A stretch of DNA of 64,000 bases from Candidatus Dormiibacterota bacterium (GCA_027306655.1 DAHUZL010000143.1:10645-74644), one strand, 5' to 3'. Shown: positions 1 through 10,040, counted from the stretch's first letter. Notes: a model not told the origin generated them from the letters alone. Made by a program: numbers and translations.

Positions 1-264
1 ATCGGGCCCTGGCGTCGCGGGCCTGCCGCTGGGGCCGGTCCCGGTCGGAGCGGGTGGCCGCGGGGGGAGGGGGACGGCCGGCGCGGTGAAGCCGACCCGG
101 CGATTCCCGTCGGGCTCGCGGACGCGGCGGAGGAGGTAGCGGACGTGGCCGTCCACCGCCACCGCGAGGAAGAGGTCGTAGCCCTCGGCCACGGCGAGCC
201 GGTTGACCTCCTCGAGGTCGGCGGCCTCGCGGTACTCGTGGATCGGCACGGCGGGGCTGGGCAT
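1..264 (-). CDS. Hypothetical protein, partial (runs off window start)
   Basis: Open frame on the minus strand from ATG (complement of 262-264), MPSPAVPIHEYREAADLEEVNRLAVAEGYDLFLAVAVDGHVRYLL..., no stop before position 1. Purine-rich stretch upstream. Divergent from rpsA. Confidence 0.3.
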   Translation of the reverse strand, partial: MPSPAVPIHEYREAADLEEVNRLAVAEGYDLFLAVAVDGHVRYLLRRVREPDGNRRVGFTAPAVPLPPRPPAPTGTGPSGRPATPGPD

Positions 265-300
265 GAGGCGTCCTCGGTGGCGGTGGGGCGGTGGTGGCAC

Positions 301-309
301 TGTTATACT
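301..309 (+). promoter_or_regulatory. Putative extended -10 element (TGtTATACT) upstream of rpsA
   Basis: Isolated AT-rich hexamer TATACT preceded by TGn in 72% GC background, ~135 nt upstream of the rpsA start. A long leader fits the autoregulated rpsA leaders known elsewhere. Confidence 0.35.
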
Positions 310-446
310 CTCGCCCGGCCGGCGCGCCGACGCGGCGCGCAGGACCGCGTGCGCCCTGCACACCCCCGTCCCCTGGGAGATCACGCCCCGCCTTGAGCCC
401 CGACGAGAGCGGCAGCAACGGCCAGCACCCGCAGGTCTACGCCTCG

Positions 447-1865
447 ATGGAGGAGTACCTGCGCATCGGCGCCGACGCCATCCGGACCCTCACCTACGGC
501 GACATCGTCGACGGGACGGTGGTGCGGGTCGATCCCGATGAGGTCCTGGTCGACATCGGGGCGAAGTCGGAGGGGGTGATCAGCAACCGGGAGCTGGCCG
601 GGCGGGCCGAGGAACCGGTGGTGCTCCGTCCCGGCGACCAGGTCAAGGTGTACGTGCTCCAGTCCGAGAACGACGACGGCAACGTCGTCCTCAGCCTCCG
701 GCGCGCCCGCGCCGAGGGGATCTGGGCCAAGGCGGCGGAGAAGGAGAGCAGTGGCGAGGGAGTGGAGGCCGAGGTCCGCGAGCAGAACAAGGGCGGCCTC
801 ATCGTCAACATCATGGGGCTGCGCGGTTTCCTGCCCAGCTCCCAGGTCGCCCGGGCCCATTCCGGGAACCTCATGGAGCTGGTCGGGCAGCGGATCATGG
901 TCAAGATCCTGGAGGTCAATCGCAAGCGCAACCGGCTGATCGTCAGCCAGCGCGCCGCCCAGGACGAGGACCGGGCCCGCCAGCGCGAGGAGCTCTTCGA
1001 ACGCCTCACGGTGGGCGACGTCGTCAGCGGGCGGGTGAGCGGGCTCACGTCGTACGGCGGCTTCGTCAACCTCGGCGGCGCCGACGGACTCATCCACATC
1101 AGCGAGCTGGCCTGGGACCGGGTCAGCAACGTGTCGGACATGCTGGCGGTGGGGGATGAGGTCACCGTGAAGGTGATCAAGCTGGACCCCGAGCTCTCCC
1201 GCATCTCGCTCTCGCTGCGGCAGATGAGCGACGATCCCTGGGACACGATCGAGGCCCGGTTCCCCACCGGGGCCGTGGTCGAGGGCACGGTCACCAAGAC
1301 CAAGAAGTACGGCGCCTTCCTCCAGATCGCCGACGGGGTGGAGGGGCTCCTCCACATCAGCGAGCTGTCCTGGGAGCACGTGGAGCGGACCGAGGACGTG
1401 CTCCGGGTCGGCGACGTGGTCAAGGTGCTGGTGCTGCAGGCGGACCGGACCCGGCGGCGGATCTCGCTGTCCCTGCGCCAGCTCTTCCCTCGCCCGGCCG
1501 ACCTGCCGCCCGAGGCCGACGGCGGGGAGCGCGGCTACGATGCCGCGGCCGACTACGTCCCCGACGACGACGAGGACGCCGACCCACCCGGCCGCCCGGC
1601 CGGCCGGGCGGCCGAGGCCGCCGGCCCGGCCGAGCCGCCCCCGGCCGAGGCCGCCAGCGCGGCTGAGCCGCCGCCGGCCGATTCGCCGCCGGCCGATTCG
1701 CCGCCGGACCAGGCCGCGGGCCCGGAGGGGGGCGCGGCGGACCCGGCCCCCCCCTCGCTCGCGGACGCCGAAGAGGGAGCGGAGGCGACGGCGGCGGAGC
1801 CCGGGCCGGAGGCTCAGGCGGTCCCCGCGGGCGGCGAGGCGGCGGAGCCCCGGGCCGATCGCTGA
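447..1865 (+). CDS. rpsA: 30S ribosomal protein S1
   Basis: Four S1 repeats (e.g. GDIVDGTVVRVD..., GDVVSGRVSGLTSYGGFVNLGG, GAVVEGTVTKTKKYGAFLQI). Start MEEYLRIGADAI. C-terminal Pro/Ala/Asp-rich low-complexity tail with an 18-bp tandem repeat. Confidence 0.9.
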   Translation: MEEYLRIGADAIRTLTYGDIVDGTVVRVDPDEVLVDIGAKSEGVISNRELAGRAEEPVVLRPGDQVKVYVLQSENDDGNVVLSLRRARAEGIWAKAAEKESSGEGVEAEVREQNKGGLIVNIMGLRGFLPSSQVARAHSGNLMELVGQRIMVKILEVNRKRNRLIVSQRAAQDEDRARQREELFERLTVGDVVSGRVSGLTSYGGFVNLGGADGLIHISELAWDRVSNVSDMLAVGDEVTVKVIKLDPELSRISLSLRQMSDDPWDTIEARFPTGAVVEGTVTKTKKYGAFLQIADGVEGLLHISELSWEHVERTEDVLRVGDVVKVLVLQADRTRRRISLSLRQLFPRPADLPPEADGGERGYDAAADYVPDDDEDADPPGRPAGRAAEAAGPAEPPPAEAASAAEPPPADSPPADSPPDQAAGPEGGAADPAPPSLADAEEGAEATAAEPGPEAQAVPAGGEAAEPRADR

Positions 1866-1918
1866 GCGTCGGCGTCGGGGCCTGAGCGCTCGGCCCGTTC
1901 CTCCCGATCGGAATTGGG

Positions 1919-1924
1919 CATAAT
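1919..1924 (+). promoter_or_regulatory. Putative -10 hexamer (CATAAT) for clpC
   Basis: Short AT-rich island gaattgggCATAATg ~100 nt upstream of clpC in an otherwise GC-rich intergenic region. Confidence 0.3.
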
Positions 1925-2027
1925 GCGGTGGTGGTCCCCCGCGCTCCGGATACGTCTCCCGTCCTGCTCACGCTGGCCGCCTCGGCCCAGCCACCGGTGA
2001 CGCGCGCGGACCCGATGGAGGTGGGCC

Positions 2028-4559
2028 GTGTACGCGTTTGAACGATTCACGGAGCGCGCCAAGAAGGTCCTCACCCTGGCCCAGGAGGAGGCCGAGAAGT
2101 CCCACCACTCCTACATCGGAACCGAGCATCTGCTGCTGGGCCTGCTTCGGGAGAACGAGGGGCTGGCGGCCAAGGTCCTGGCCAGCCTGGGGGTGGAGAT
2201 CGGCAAGGTGCGGGCCACGATCGAGTCGGTGCTGGGACGCAACGAGCGGATCATCATCCAGCAGATCATCCCCACCTCGCGGGTCAAGAAGGTCATCGAG
2301 ATCTCCTTCGAGGAGGCTCGCCGGATGGGGCACAACTACGTCGGCACCGAGCACCTGCTGCTCGGGCTCCTGATCGAGGGCGACGGGATCGCCGCTCACG
2401 TGCTGGAGGATCTCGGCGCGACCCTGGAGAAGGTGCGGGGCGAGATTGACCGGCAGCTGCGCGACCGCGCCCTCGACGACGAGGTGCCGCAGGAGAAGAA
2501 GCGCCCCACCAAGACCCCGCTCCTGGACCAGTTCTGCCGCGACCTCACCGAGCTCGCCCAGAAGAACCAGCTCGACCCCGTGATCGGGCGCGAGGGGGAG
2601 ATCGAGCGGGTGGTGCAGATCCTCTCCCGCCGGACCAAGAACAACCCCGCCCTGATCGGCGAGCCGGGGGTCGGCAAGACCGCGATCGCCGAGGGGCTGG
2701 CCCAGGCGATCGTGCACGGCAACATCCCCGAGTCGCTGCTGGGCAAGCGCGTCCTCACCCTCGACATGGGGGGCCTGGTGGCGGGGACCAAGTACCGGGG
2801 CGAGTTCGAGGAGCGGCTGAAGAAGATCCTCGACGAGATCCGCTCCTCCCGCGAGGTGGTCCTCTTCATTGATGAGCTGCACACCCTGGTCGGCGCCGGC
2901 GCCGCCGAGGGGGCCATCGATGCCGCCAACATCCTCAAGCCGGCCTTGGCTCGGGGCGAGATCCAGTGCATCGGGGCCACCACCCTCAACGAGTACCGCA
3001 AGTACATCGAGAAGGATGCCGCCCTGGAGCGTCGCTTCCAGCCCGTCTTCGTGGAGGAGCCGAAGCTGGACGAGACCGTCCAGATCCTCACCGGCGTGCG
3101 CAGCCTCTACGAGAAGCACCACCGGGTGCACATCACCGACGAGGCGGTGCGGGCGGCGGCGGAGCTCTCCGGCCGCTACGTGAGCGACCGGGCCTGGCCC
3201 GACAAGGCGATCGACCTCATCGACGAGGCCTCGGCGCGGGTGCGGATGAAGTTGACCACCACCCCTCCTGAGCTGCGCCAGATGCAGCAGCGAATCCGCG
3301 AGCTGCGGCTCCAGAAGGAGGACGCGATCGAGCGGCAGGACTATGAGAAGGCGGCCGGCTTCCGTGACGAGGAGCGGCACCAGCAGGATGCCCACGATGC
3401 CGCCCAGACCGCCTGGCGCGAGGAGCTGGGGCTGACCACGCCCGACGTCAACGAGCACCACATCGCCGACATTGTGTCCTCCTGGACGGGGGTCCCGGTG
3501 ACGCGGCTGGTGGAGGCGGAGACGACCCGACTGCTGCGGATGGAGGACGAGGTCCACCGCCGCCTGATCGGCCAGGACGAGGCGGTGAAGGTCGTCTGTC
3601 AGGCGGTGCGGAGGGCCCGGGCCGGGCTCAAGGACCCCCGCCGGCCGATCGGCTCGTTCATCTTCCTGGGTCCCACCGGGGTCGGCAAGACCGAGCTGGC
3701 CCGGTCGCTGGCGGCGTTCCTGTTCGACAACGAGGACGCCGTGGTCCGCCTCGACATGTCGGAGTTCGCCGAGCGCCATTCGACGGCTCGGCTGGTGGGT
3801 TCGCCGCCGGGCTACGTGGGCTACGACGAGGGCGGCCAGCTCACCGAGGCGATCCGGCGCCGTCCCTACAGCGTCGTCCTCCTCGACGAGCTGGAGAAGG
3901 CGCATCCCGACTTCTTCAACATGCTTCTGCAGATCCTGGAGGACGGCCGCCTCACTGACGCCAAGGGCAAGGCGGTCAACTTCGCCAACACGATCGTGAT
4001 CATGACCAGCAATCTCGGCCTCCAGGGGCTGAAGGCGAATGTGTCGATGGGATTCCAGCCGTCCATGGTCGACGGCGCCGGACAGGACCAGGAGCACAGC
4101 CGGATGCGGGACAAGATCATGGAGGAGCTGAAGCGCGCCTTCCGGCCGGAGTTCCTCAACCGGGTCGATGCGGTGGTCGTGTTCCACCGCCTCCAGCCCA
4201 GCGAGATGCGCCAGATCGTGGAGCTGATGCTGGTCCGGATCAGCACGCACCTGGTCACCCAGGGCCTCACGTTCACCGTCACCGACGCTGCCAAGGACAT
4301 GATCGCGGCGGAGGGATTCGACAAGCTGTACGGCGCCCGGCCGCTGCGGCGCGTGATCCAGCGGTCGATCGAGGACCCGCTCAGCGAGGCCCTGCTGCAG
4401 ACCCGGTTCGCGGTCGGGGACGAGGTGGTGGTCGACGTCGACGAGGGCCGGCTGCGCACCCGGGTCGTGACCGCCGCTCCCCGACTGGAGCCGGCGGTGC
4501 CGCCCCCGCCCCTGGAGCCGGCGGCCGGCGCGGCACCCGGAAGCGGCGAGAGCCGCTGA
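2028..4559 (+). CDS. clpC: ATP-dependent Clp protease ATP-binding subunit ClpC
   Basis: Clp_N repeats (EHLLLGLL twice), two AAA+ modules with Walker [11 protein letters not shown] and [13 protein letters not shown]-like middle motif ([15 protein letters not shown]). GTG start at 2028 after GGAGG. Confidence 0.95.
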   Translation: MYAFERFTERAKKVLTLAQEEAEKSHHSYIGTEHLLLGLLRENEGLAAKVLASLGVEIGKVRATIESVLGRNERIIIQQIIPTSRVKKVIEISFEEARRMGHNYVGTEHLLLGLLIEGDGIAAHVLEDLGATLEKVRGEIDRQLRDRALDDEVPQEKKRPTKTPLLDQFCRDLTELAQKNQLDPVIGREGEIERVVQILSRRTKNNPALIGEPGVGKTAIAEGLAQAIVHGNIPESLLGKRVLTLDMGGLVAGTKYRGEFEERLKKILDEIRSSREVVLFIDELHTLVGAGAAEGAIDAANILKPALARGEIQCIGATTLNEYRKYIEKDAALERRFQPVFVEEPKLDETVQILTGVRSLYEKHHRVHITDEAVRAAAELSGRYVSDRAWPDKAIDLIDEASARVRMKLTTTPPELRQMQQRIRELRLQKEDAIERQDYEKAAGFRDEERHQQDAHDAAQTAWREELGLTTPDVNEHHIADIVSSWTGVPVTRLVEAETTRLLRMEDEVHRRLIGQDEAVKVVCQAVRRARAGLKDPRRPIGSFIFLGPTGVGKTELARSLAAFLFDNEDAVVRLDMSEFAERHSTARLVGSPPGYVGYDEGGQLTEAIRRRPYSVVLLDELEKAHPDFFNMLLQILEDGRLTDAKGKAVNFANTIVIMTSNLGLQGLKANVSMGFQPSMVDGAGQDQEHSRMRDKIMEELKRAFRPEFLNRVDAVVVFHRLQPSEMRQIVELMLVRISTHLVTQGLTFTVTDAAKDMIAAEGFDKLYGARPLRRVIQRSIEDPLSEALLQTRFAVGDEVVVDVDEGRLRTRVVTAAPRLEPAVPPPPLEPAAGAAPGSGESR

Positions 4560-4600
4560 CGGCGTCGCGGCACGCGCGGCAGGGCGCGAGCGGCCCCGCG

Positions 4601-5788
4601 ATGCCGGTGAGGGTGCGGACGGCGGCCGAGGACCGCTCCCCGCCGGACCCGGCCGTCTCCGCACCCGACCCCCCTCCGGTCCCGCGTCGCGCGGACCGGA
4701 TCGCCCGGGTGGCCGGGATGGGGGTTGGGGCGGTGGTCGGGACCCTCTACGCCACCGTGCTGATCCAGGCGGTGCGGGGGCCTCTGTTCACCGCGCCGGC
4801 GGCGGTGGTCACGATCGTGGTGGGGCTCGGGGTGGGGTGCGCCGCCGGCTATCTGGTCGGCCCCAGCGTCACCGTCCGTCCCTACCGGTGGGCGACCGCG
4901 ACGCTGGCCGCGACCCCATTCGGCGAGCTGGTCGGCGGGGTGGTCGGGGGCGGAGCCGGGCTGGCGGTGGCCGCGCTGGTCGCGGTGGTCTTCGTCGCCC
5001 TCCCCTACGGGCTGGGCTGGCTGGTGGCGCTGGTGACGGCGGCGATGGCGGTCCCGATCGGGGTCACCGTGGGGCGGGCGCGCCGCCGCGACCTGGCCGA
5101 CCTCGGGCTGACCCGCGGCGACGTGTCCGCGGGGGCGGCCGCGGCTCCGGGGGTGGTGCTGGTGGACACCAGCGCGATCGTGGATCGGCGTCTTCTCGAC
5201 CTCGCCCGGGCCGGCTTCTGGCTCTACCCGCTCACCGTGCCCCGGTTCGTTGTGGTGGAGCTGCAGGAGCTGGCGGACTCCGCCGCGCCCGCCCGCCGGG
5301 CCCGGGGACGGCGCGGCCTGGAGCAGCTCGCCGCGCTGCGCGAGCTGCCCACGGTCCGGGTGGACCTCCTCGATTTGGATTTCCCCGCCATCGACCAGGT
5401 CGACCTGCGGCTGATTCGGGTGGCGCGCGAGCGGGGGGCCGCCCTCTGCACCGTGGACTACAACCTGGACCAGGTCGCCCGGGTGGAGGGGATCACCGTG
5501 CTCAACCTCAACCGGCTGGCGGCGGCGCTGCGGACGCCGCTGCAGCCGGGCGAGACGGTCACCCTCGAGATCCAGCGGGAGGGGCGCGAGAGCGGCCAGG
5601 GCCTGGGGTACCTCGACGACGGCACGATGGTCCTGGTCGACGGCGGGGCGGGGATGGTGGGGGCGTCGGTCCGCCTGGTGGTTCGGTCGGTGCGGCAGAC
5701 GGCCACCGGACGGATGGTGTTCGCGCGTCTCGCGGAGGGGGAGCCGGAGGCTCCCCCGGCCGTCGGGGCCGCCCCGACCGAGGCGTGA
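4601..5788 (+). CDS. YacL-like membrane protein with PIN and TRAM domains
   Basis: N-terminal TM helices, PIN-like segment (VLVDTSAIVDRRLLDL...FVVVELQELAD), C-terminal TRAM-like beta barrel (GETVTLEIQREGRESGQGLGYLDDGTMVLVDGG). Alternative start ATG 4718. Same position as yacL upstream of ispD in Firmicutes. Confidence 0.7.
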   Translation: MPVRVRTAAEDRSPPDPAVSAPDPPPVPRRADRIARVAGMGVGAVVGTLYATVLIQAVRGPLFTAPAAVVTIVVGLGVGCAAGYLVGPSVTVRPYRWATATLAATPFGELVGGVVGGGAGLAVAALVAVVFVALPYGLGWLVALVTAAMAVPIGVTVGRARRRDLADLGLTRGDVSAGAAAAPGVVLVDTSAIVDRRLLDLARAGFWLYPLTVPRFVVVELQELADSAAPARRARGRRGLEQLAALRELPTVRVDLLDLDFPAIDQVDLRLIRVARERGAALCTVDYNLDQVARVEGITVLNLNRLAAALRTPLQPGETVTLEIQREGRESGQGLGYLDDGTMVLVDGGAGMVGASVRLVVRSVRQTATGRMVFARLAEGEPEAPPAVGAAPTEA

Positions 5789-6483
5789 CCGGCACCCTGG
5801 GCCGGGTCGCCGCGCTGGTGCCGGCGGCCGGCAGTGGCCAGCGCTTCGGGGGGTCCAAGCTGTGGGCCCCGCTCGGGGGCCGGCCGGTGCTCGCCTGGAC
5901 GCTCGCGGCTCTCGCCGACCCCACCTGCGGGATCGACCAGCTGGTGGTCGTGGCCGCGCCCGCCGACCACGCCCGGGTCCAGGAGCTGGCCGGGTCGGTG
6001 GCGGGGCGGCTCGACTGCACCGTGGTGGCGGGGGGGGCGCGCCGCCAGGATTCGGTGGCGGCCGGGCTCCGCGCCTGCACCACCGCCTTGGTTGTGGTCC
6101 ACGACGCCGCCCGCCCGCTGGCGCCGCCCGCGCTCGTCGCCGCCGTCCTGGCCGCCGCCCGCGACCATGGAGCGGCGACCGCCGCCTGCCCGGCAGTGGA
6201 CACCACCGCCGTGGGCGGGCCCGACGGTCTGGAGCGCGTCCTCGATCGCACCACCGTGATGTCCGTCCAGACCCCGCAGGCGTTTCGGGCCGACTGGTTG
6301 CGCGACGCCCACGCCGCGGCCCGGGGAGCGAACCGGACGGCGGACGACGACGCCGGTCTGGTGCTGGCGATCGGCCATCCGGTGGCGGTGGTCGAGGGCG
6401 ACCGGCGCAACCGCAAGGTCACCGATCCCGACGACCTGGTGATGCTCGCGGCGTGGCTGGGCCTGGCCCCGGCGGCGTCGTGA
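5785..6483 (+). CDS. ispD: 2-C-methyl-D-erythritol 4-phosphate cytidylyltransferase
   Basis: VAALVPAAGSGQRFGGSKLW... matches the IspD glycine-rich nucleotide-binding N-terminus. GTG start overlaps the upstream TGA (GTGA). Confidence 0.85.
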   Translation: MTGTLGRVAALVPAAGSGQRFGGSKLWAPLGGRPVLAWTLAALADPTCGIDQLVVVAAPADHARVQELAGSVAGRLDCTVVAGGARRQDSVAAGLRACTTALVVVHDAARPLAPPALVAAVLAAARDHGAATAACPAVDTTAVGGPDGLERVLDRTTVMSVQTPQAFRADWLRDAHAAARGANRTADDDAGLVLAIGHPVAVVEGDRRNRKVTDPDDLVMLAAWLGLAPAAS

Positions 6484-6983
6484 GCTCCGAGCCCGTTCGC
6501 CCGTGCGGGCTGCGGGTGGGCCTGGGGGTGGACGTCCACGGCTTCGGTGGCTCCGGGCCGCTCCGTCTGGGAGGCGTCAGCGTCCCACACCCGGTCGGCC
6601 TGGTGGGGCACTCCGACGGGGATGCCCTCTGCCACGCGGTGGCCGACGCGGTCCTCGGCGCCGCCGGACTGCCCGACCTCGGCCACCACTTCCCACCCGG
6701 CGACCCCGCCACCCGGGGGGCGGACTCGGTGGCGCTGCTGCGCCATGCGATCCGACTGGCGGCCGCGGCGGGCTGGGCCCTGGGCAACTGCGACGCCACC
6801 GTGGTCGCGGAGGCGCCCCGGCTCGCTCCCCACACGGGGCGGATGGCGGCGGTGCTGGCGGAGGCCTGCGGGGCCGAGCCCGGGTCGGTCGTGGTCAGGG
6901 CCAAGAGCACGGACCGTCTCGGTCTGGTGGGGCGGGGGGAGGGCGTGGTCGCGCTCGCCTCGGTATGCCTGGTGCGACGCTGA
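6480..6983 (+). CDS. ispF: 2-C-methyl-D-erythritol 2,4-cyclodiphosphate synthase
   Basis: LRVGLGVDVHGFGG...GHSDGDALCHAVADAVLGAAGL. GTG start overlapping ispD stop. Confidence 0.9.
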   Translation: MSSEPVRPCGLRVGLGVDVHGFGGSGPLRLGGVSVPHPVGLVGHSDGDALCHAVADAVLGAAGLPDLGHHFPPGDPATRGADSVALLRHAIRLAAAAGWALGNCDATVVAEAPRLAPHTGRMAAVLAEACGAEPGSVVVRAKSTDRLGLVGRGEGVVALASVCLVRR

Positions 6984-7016
6984 GCGGGCCGGCGCGGCGG
7001 CGACGATCGACGGCGA

Positions 7017-7022
7017 TAGGAT
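7017..7022 (+). promoter_or_regulatory. Putative -10 hexamer (TAGGAT) upstream of cysS
   Basis: AT-rich gATAGGATAg 14 nt upstream of the cysS ATG in a GC-rich background. Confidence 0.25.
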
Positions 7023-7036
7023 AGCCGAGGCGTCCG

Positions 7037-8476
7037 ATGCAGCTTCGTCTCCACAACACCGCCAGCCGCCGGGTCGAGCGGTTGGACCTGGTCACGCCCG
7101 GCGAGGTCCGCCTCTACACCTGCGGCCCCACCGTGCACGGGCGCGCGCACATCGGCAACCTGCGCACGTACCTCGTCCAGGACTGCCTCCGCCGCCACCT
7201 GGAGGCGTCAGGGCTGCGGGTCCGCCACGTCATGAACATCACCGACGTCGAGGACAAGATCATTCGCAAGGCGAGGGCCGCGGGCACCTCGATCGCCGAT
7301 TTCACCGCGCCCTTCGTCGCCGCCTTTCACGCTGACCTGCAGGCCCTGGGGATCCGAGCGGCCCACCTCTACCCCCGCGCGACGGCGTACATCGACTCGA
7401 TGCTGGAGCTGGTGGCGCGCCTGGAGGCGGGCGGGTTCACCTACACGGTGGACGGATCGGTGTACTTCCGGGTCTCCGCCTTTCCCGCCTACGGCCGTCT
7501 GGCCGGGCTGGACGTGGCGGGGCTGCGCGCGGGCGGCAGCGGCCGCGTCGACGCCGACGAGTACGAAGCCAAGGAAGAGGCCCGCGATTTCGTCCTCTGG
7601 AAGGCGGCCCGGCCCACCGATGGCATCAGCTGGCCGTCGCGCTACGGTCCCGGTCGGCCCGGCTGGCACCTGGAGTGCTCCACCATCGCGATGGCCGAGC
7701 TGGGCGAGACGATCGACCTCCACTGTGGCGGCGTCGACCTGATCTTCCCCCATCACGAGAACGAGATCGCCCAGTCGGAGGCCGCCACCGGCCACCCCTT
7801 CGTGCGCCACTGGATGCACGCGGAGCACCTCCTCCTGGGCGGCGCCAAGATGGCGAAGTCGGACGGAATTCCGGTCACCCTGGAGGAGCTGGGCCGCCGC
7901 GGCGTCGATCCCGTGGTGGTCCGCTTCCTCCTCCTCGCCGGCGCCCACTATCGCCACAAGCTCCACTTCCAGGAGGTCGAGCTGGCGGGGGCCGCCGATG
8001 CGGTGGACCGCCTCTGCGGATTCCGTCGGCGGGTGAGCGAGCTCGCCGCCGCCGACGGGGCCGGGTCCGGCGCCGACGACCGTCTGGGGCGGCTGGCGGC
8101 GGAGTCGACCACGCGCTTCACCGCCGCGCTCGACGACGACCTCAACCTGCCCGGCGGGATCGCAGCGGCCTTCGACCTCGTGCGCGAGGGCAACCGTCTT
8201 CTCGATGCCGGCGAGGCCGGCCCCGCCGGGGCGCGGGCCGTCGCCACCGCGCTGTCCCAGATGGATGACGTGCTCGGCGTCATGCCCGACGGGGCCGGGC
8301 GGACGGCCGGGGCAGGACCGCTCGGGACCGAGGCGCAGCGGCTCCTGGAGCAGCGGGAGGCGGCCCGGCGGGCCCGCGACTTCGCGACCGCCGACCGACT
8401 GCGGGCCGAGCTGCGCGCGCTCGGGATCGGTGTCGAGGACCTGCCCCAGGGGACCCGCTGGCACCGGGTCGGCTGA
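7037..8476 (+). CDS. cysS: Cysteine--tRNA ligase
   Basis: Class I HIGH motif (TCGPTVHGRAHIGN) and KMSKS variant (KMAKSDG). Full-length 479 aa. Confidence 0.95.
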   Translation: MQLRLHNTASRRVERLDLVTPGEVRLYTCGPTVHGRAHIGNLRTYLVQDCLRRHLEASGLRVRHVMNITDVEDKIIRKARAAGTSIADFTAPFVAAFHADLQALGIRAAHLYPRATAYIDSMLELVARLEAGGFTYTVDGSVYFRVSAFPAYGRLAGLDVAGLRAGGSGRVDADEYEAKEEARDFVLWKAARPTDGISWPSRYGPGRPGWHLECSTIAMAELGETIDLHCGGVDLIFPHHENEIAQSEAATGHPFVRHWMHAEHLLLGGAKMAKSDGIPVTLEELGRRGVDPVVVRFLLLAGAHYRHKLHFQEVELAGAADAVDRLCGFRRRVSELAAADGAGSGADDRLGRLAAESTTRFTAALDDDLNLPGGIAAAFDLVREGNRLLDAGEAGPAGARAVATALSQMDDVLGVMPDGAGRTAGAGPLGTEAQRLLEQREAARRARDFATADRLRAELRALGIGVEDLPQGTRWHRVG

Positions 8477-8478
8477 GC

Positions 8479-9261
8479 GTGCCCGAGATCCTCTACGGGC
8501 GCAACCCCGTGCTGGAGGCGCTGCGGGCGGGACGGCAGCCGCGACGGCTGTTGGTGGCGGCGGGGCTGGAGGGAGACCGACGGGTGGCCGAGGTGCTCGC
8601 CCGCACCGCCGACGCCGATGCCCCGGTGGAGGTGACCGAGCGACGACGTCTCGATGACATCGCCCACACCCAGCACCACCAGGGCCTGGTCGCCTACTTC
8701 GACCGGCGCCAGCTGGGCGGATTGCACCGCCTCCGCGAGCTGGTGGCGGACGAGCGGTCAGCCGCCTGGCCGGCTCTGGTCCTCTGCCTCGACGAGGTGC
8801 AGGACCCGCAGAACCTGGGCGCCCTGGTGCGCTCGGCCGAGGCCTGCCGGGTCACCGCGGTGGTGACGCTGCGCCATCGCAGCGCCTCGGTGTCGGCCGC
8901 GGTGGTGAAGGCGTCGGCCGGAGCGACCGAGCACTGCCCTCTGGTCCGGGTGACCAACCTGCGCCAGACCCTGGACGGCCTGCGGTCGTGGGGCGTGTGG
9001 GTGGTCGGCCTCGATGCCGACGCCGCCGAGCGTCACGACGCTCCCGACTACCGGGTGCCGGTGGCGCTCGTGGTGGGGGCCGAGGGGACGGGGATGCGGT
9101 CGCTGACTCGGGCCAGCTGCGACCGCCTGGTGCGCCTGCCGATGGGGGGCCGGGTCCGCTCCCTCAACGCCGCGGTGGCGGGGTCGCTCCTCCTCTACGA
9201 GGTCGCCCGGCAGCGCGACTTCGCCTTCGCGTCCCGGGGGCCGATGCCGGCGGATGGCTGA
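8479..9261 (+). CDS. rlmB: 23S rRNA (guanosine-2'-O-)-methyltransferase RlmB (TrmH family)
   Basis: MPEILYGRNPVLEAL...SpoU methylase motifs (LVLCLDEVQDPQNLGALVRSAEA, VGAEGTGMR, LNAAVAGSLLLYE). Conserved position after cysS. Confidence 0.9.
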   Translation: MPEILYGRNPVLEALRAGRQPRRLLVAAGLEGDRRVAEVLARTADADAPVEVTERRRLDDIAHTQHHQGLVAYFDRRQLGGLHRLRELVADERSAAWPALVLCLDEVQDPQNLGALVRSAEACRVTAVVTLRHRSASVSAAVVKASAGATEHCPLVRVTNLRQTLDGLRSWGVWVVGLDADAAERHDAPDYRVPVALVVGAEGTGMRSLTRASCDRLVRLPMGGRVRSLNAAVAGSLLLYEVARQRDFAFASRGPMPADG

Positions 9262-9349
9262 CCGAGTGCGCGGCTGGCCGCCGCTCGGCCGGCCCCCGGT
9301 ATGCTGGGGCCGGCGAAGGGTGACCCGGGGCCGGCCAGGATCCGGGGCC

Positions 9350-9421
9350 GCCGGTGTAGCTCAGCGGTAGAGCGGCTGTTTTGTAAACAGCGGGTCCGGG
9401 GTTCGAATCCCCGCGCCGGCT
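9350..9421 (+). tRNA. tRNA-Thr (anticodon UGU)
   Basis: Hand-folded cloverleaf: acceptor GCCGGTG/CGCCGGC (one G-U), D-arm GCTC-AGCGGTA-GAGC, anticodon stem GCTGT/ACAGC with loop TTTGTAA (anticodon TGT), T-arm CGGGG-TTCGAAT-CCCCG. CCA not encoded. Confidence 0.85.
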
Positions 9422-9423
9422 CC
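9395..9423 (+). repeat. attL-type direct repeat (tRNA-Thr 3' end, 29 bp)
   Basis: tccggGgttcgaatccccgcgccggctcc recurs at 12927-12955 with one mismatch. Confidence 0.75.
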
Positions 9424-9783
9424 CGCCAGGGCTGTTCGAGTTCAGATTGAGCGAGCGTCAGCTAGTTGTGAGCAAGCGACAGTCGCTGTAAAGCGAGGAA
9501 AATGTCTGCATGACACTCACCCTGCCGGAGGTCACCGCAGGTGTCCAGCCTGACCGTACTCGATCCCACTGCCCCCACAGCCCTCAACCGCGTTAGCGTC
9601 CACGATCGTGGTGTATGGAGGGAGTCGTCGTCGTCGCCACGGGGTGAGGGTCGAGGAGAGGGGCTCGATAGCCTGGCTCTCCTGGGGAAAACCCCGGGCC
9701 GCCCCTGCCGGCTGCGACGCGTGCCACGAAGAAGGCCACCGCGCCATCCTGAGGAAGCTTCACCAACCTCGGGAGGAACAACG

Positions 9784-10040
9784 ATGGCCCCTACCAGCAT
9801 GGATGTTGCGGCCGGACTGCGCAAGCGGCTGGCGGAGACCGACCCGGACCTGCTCCGGGAGCTGATCGCCACCATGGTGCAGGCGCTGATGGCGGCGGAG
9901 GTGGACGGGATCAGCGGCGTCGGCTACGGGGAGATCAGCCCGGAGCGGGTCAACTCCCGCAACGGCTACCGGCTCTGGCCCTGGGACACCCGGGCGGGCA
10001 GCATCGAGCAGCACCACTACGACTCCGAAGTCGCCAGGAT
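9784..10040 (+). pseudogene. IS256-family transposase, N-terminal fragment (~85 aa)
   Basis: MAPTSMDVAAGLRKRLAETDPDLLRELIATMVQALMAAEVDGISGVGYGEISPERVNSRNGYRLWPWDTRAGSIE matches the conserved N-terminus of IS256/mutator-type transposases. Similarity ends ~10040 and the frame continues as unrelated sequence. RBS GGGAGG retained. Confidence 0.65.

Noticed and set aside
1968-4664. 898-aa ORF on the minus strand spanning the entire clpC gene
   Set aside because: Antisense to a clearly conserved gene. Pro/Arg/Gly/Ala-rich translation typical of stop-codon-poor frames in 72% GC DNA. No start-signal or homology support.
4837-6483. 548-aa + strand ORF suggested as one long protein
   Set aside because: Its first ~315 codons overlap the yacL-like gene in another frame and are low-complexity (GRG/RRG repeats). 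Only the C-terminal part from GTG 5785 is IspD.
5862-6983. 373-aa ORF proposed as a single protein covering ispF
   Set aside because: Upstream 206 codons overlap ispD in another frame with no homology. IspF begins at the GTG overlapping the ispD stop.
9541-9783. N-terminal 80 codons of the ORF containing the IS256 fragment
   Set aside because: No similarity. The transposase homology, with its own RBS, starts at ATG 9784. The upstream part is probably read-through from an unrelated frame.
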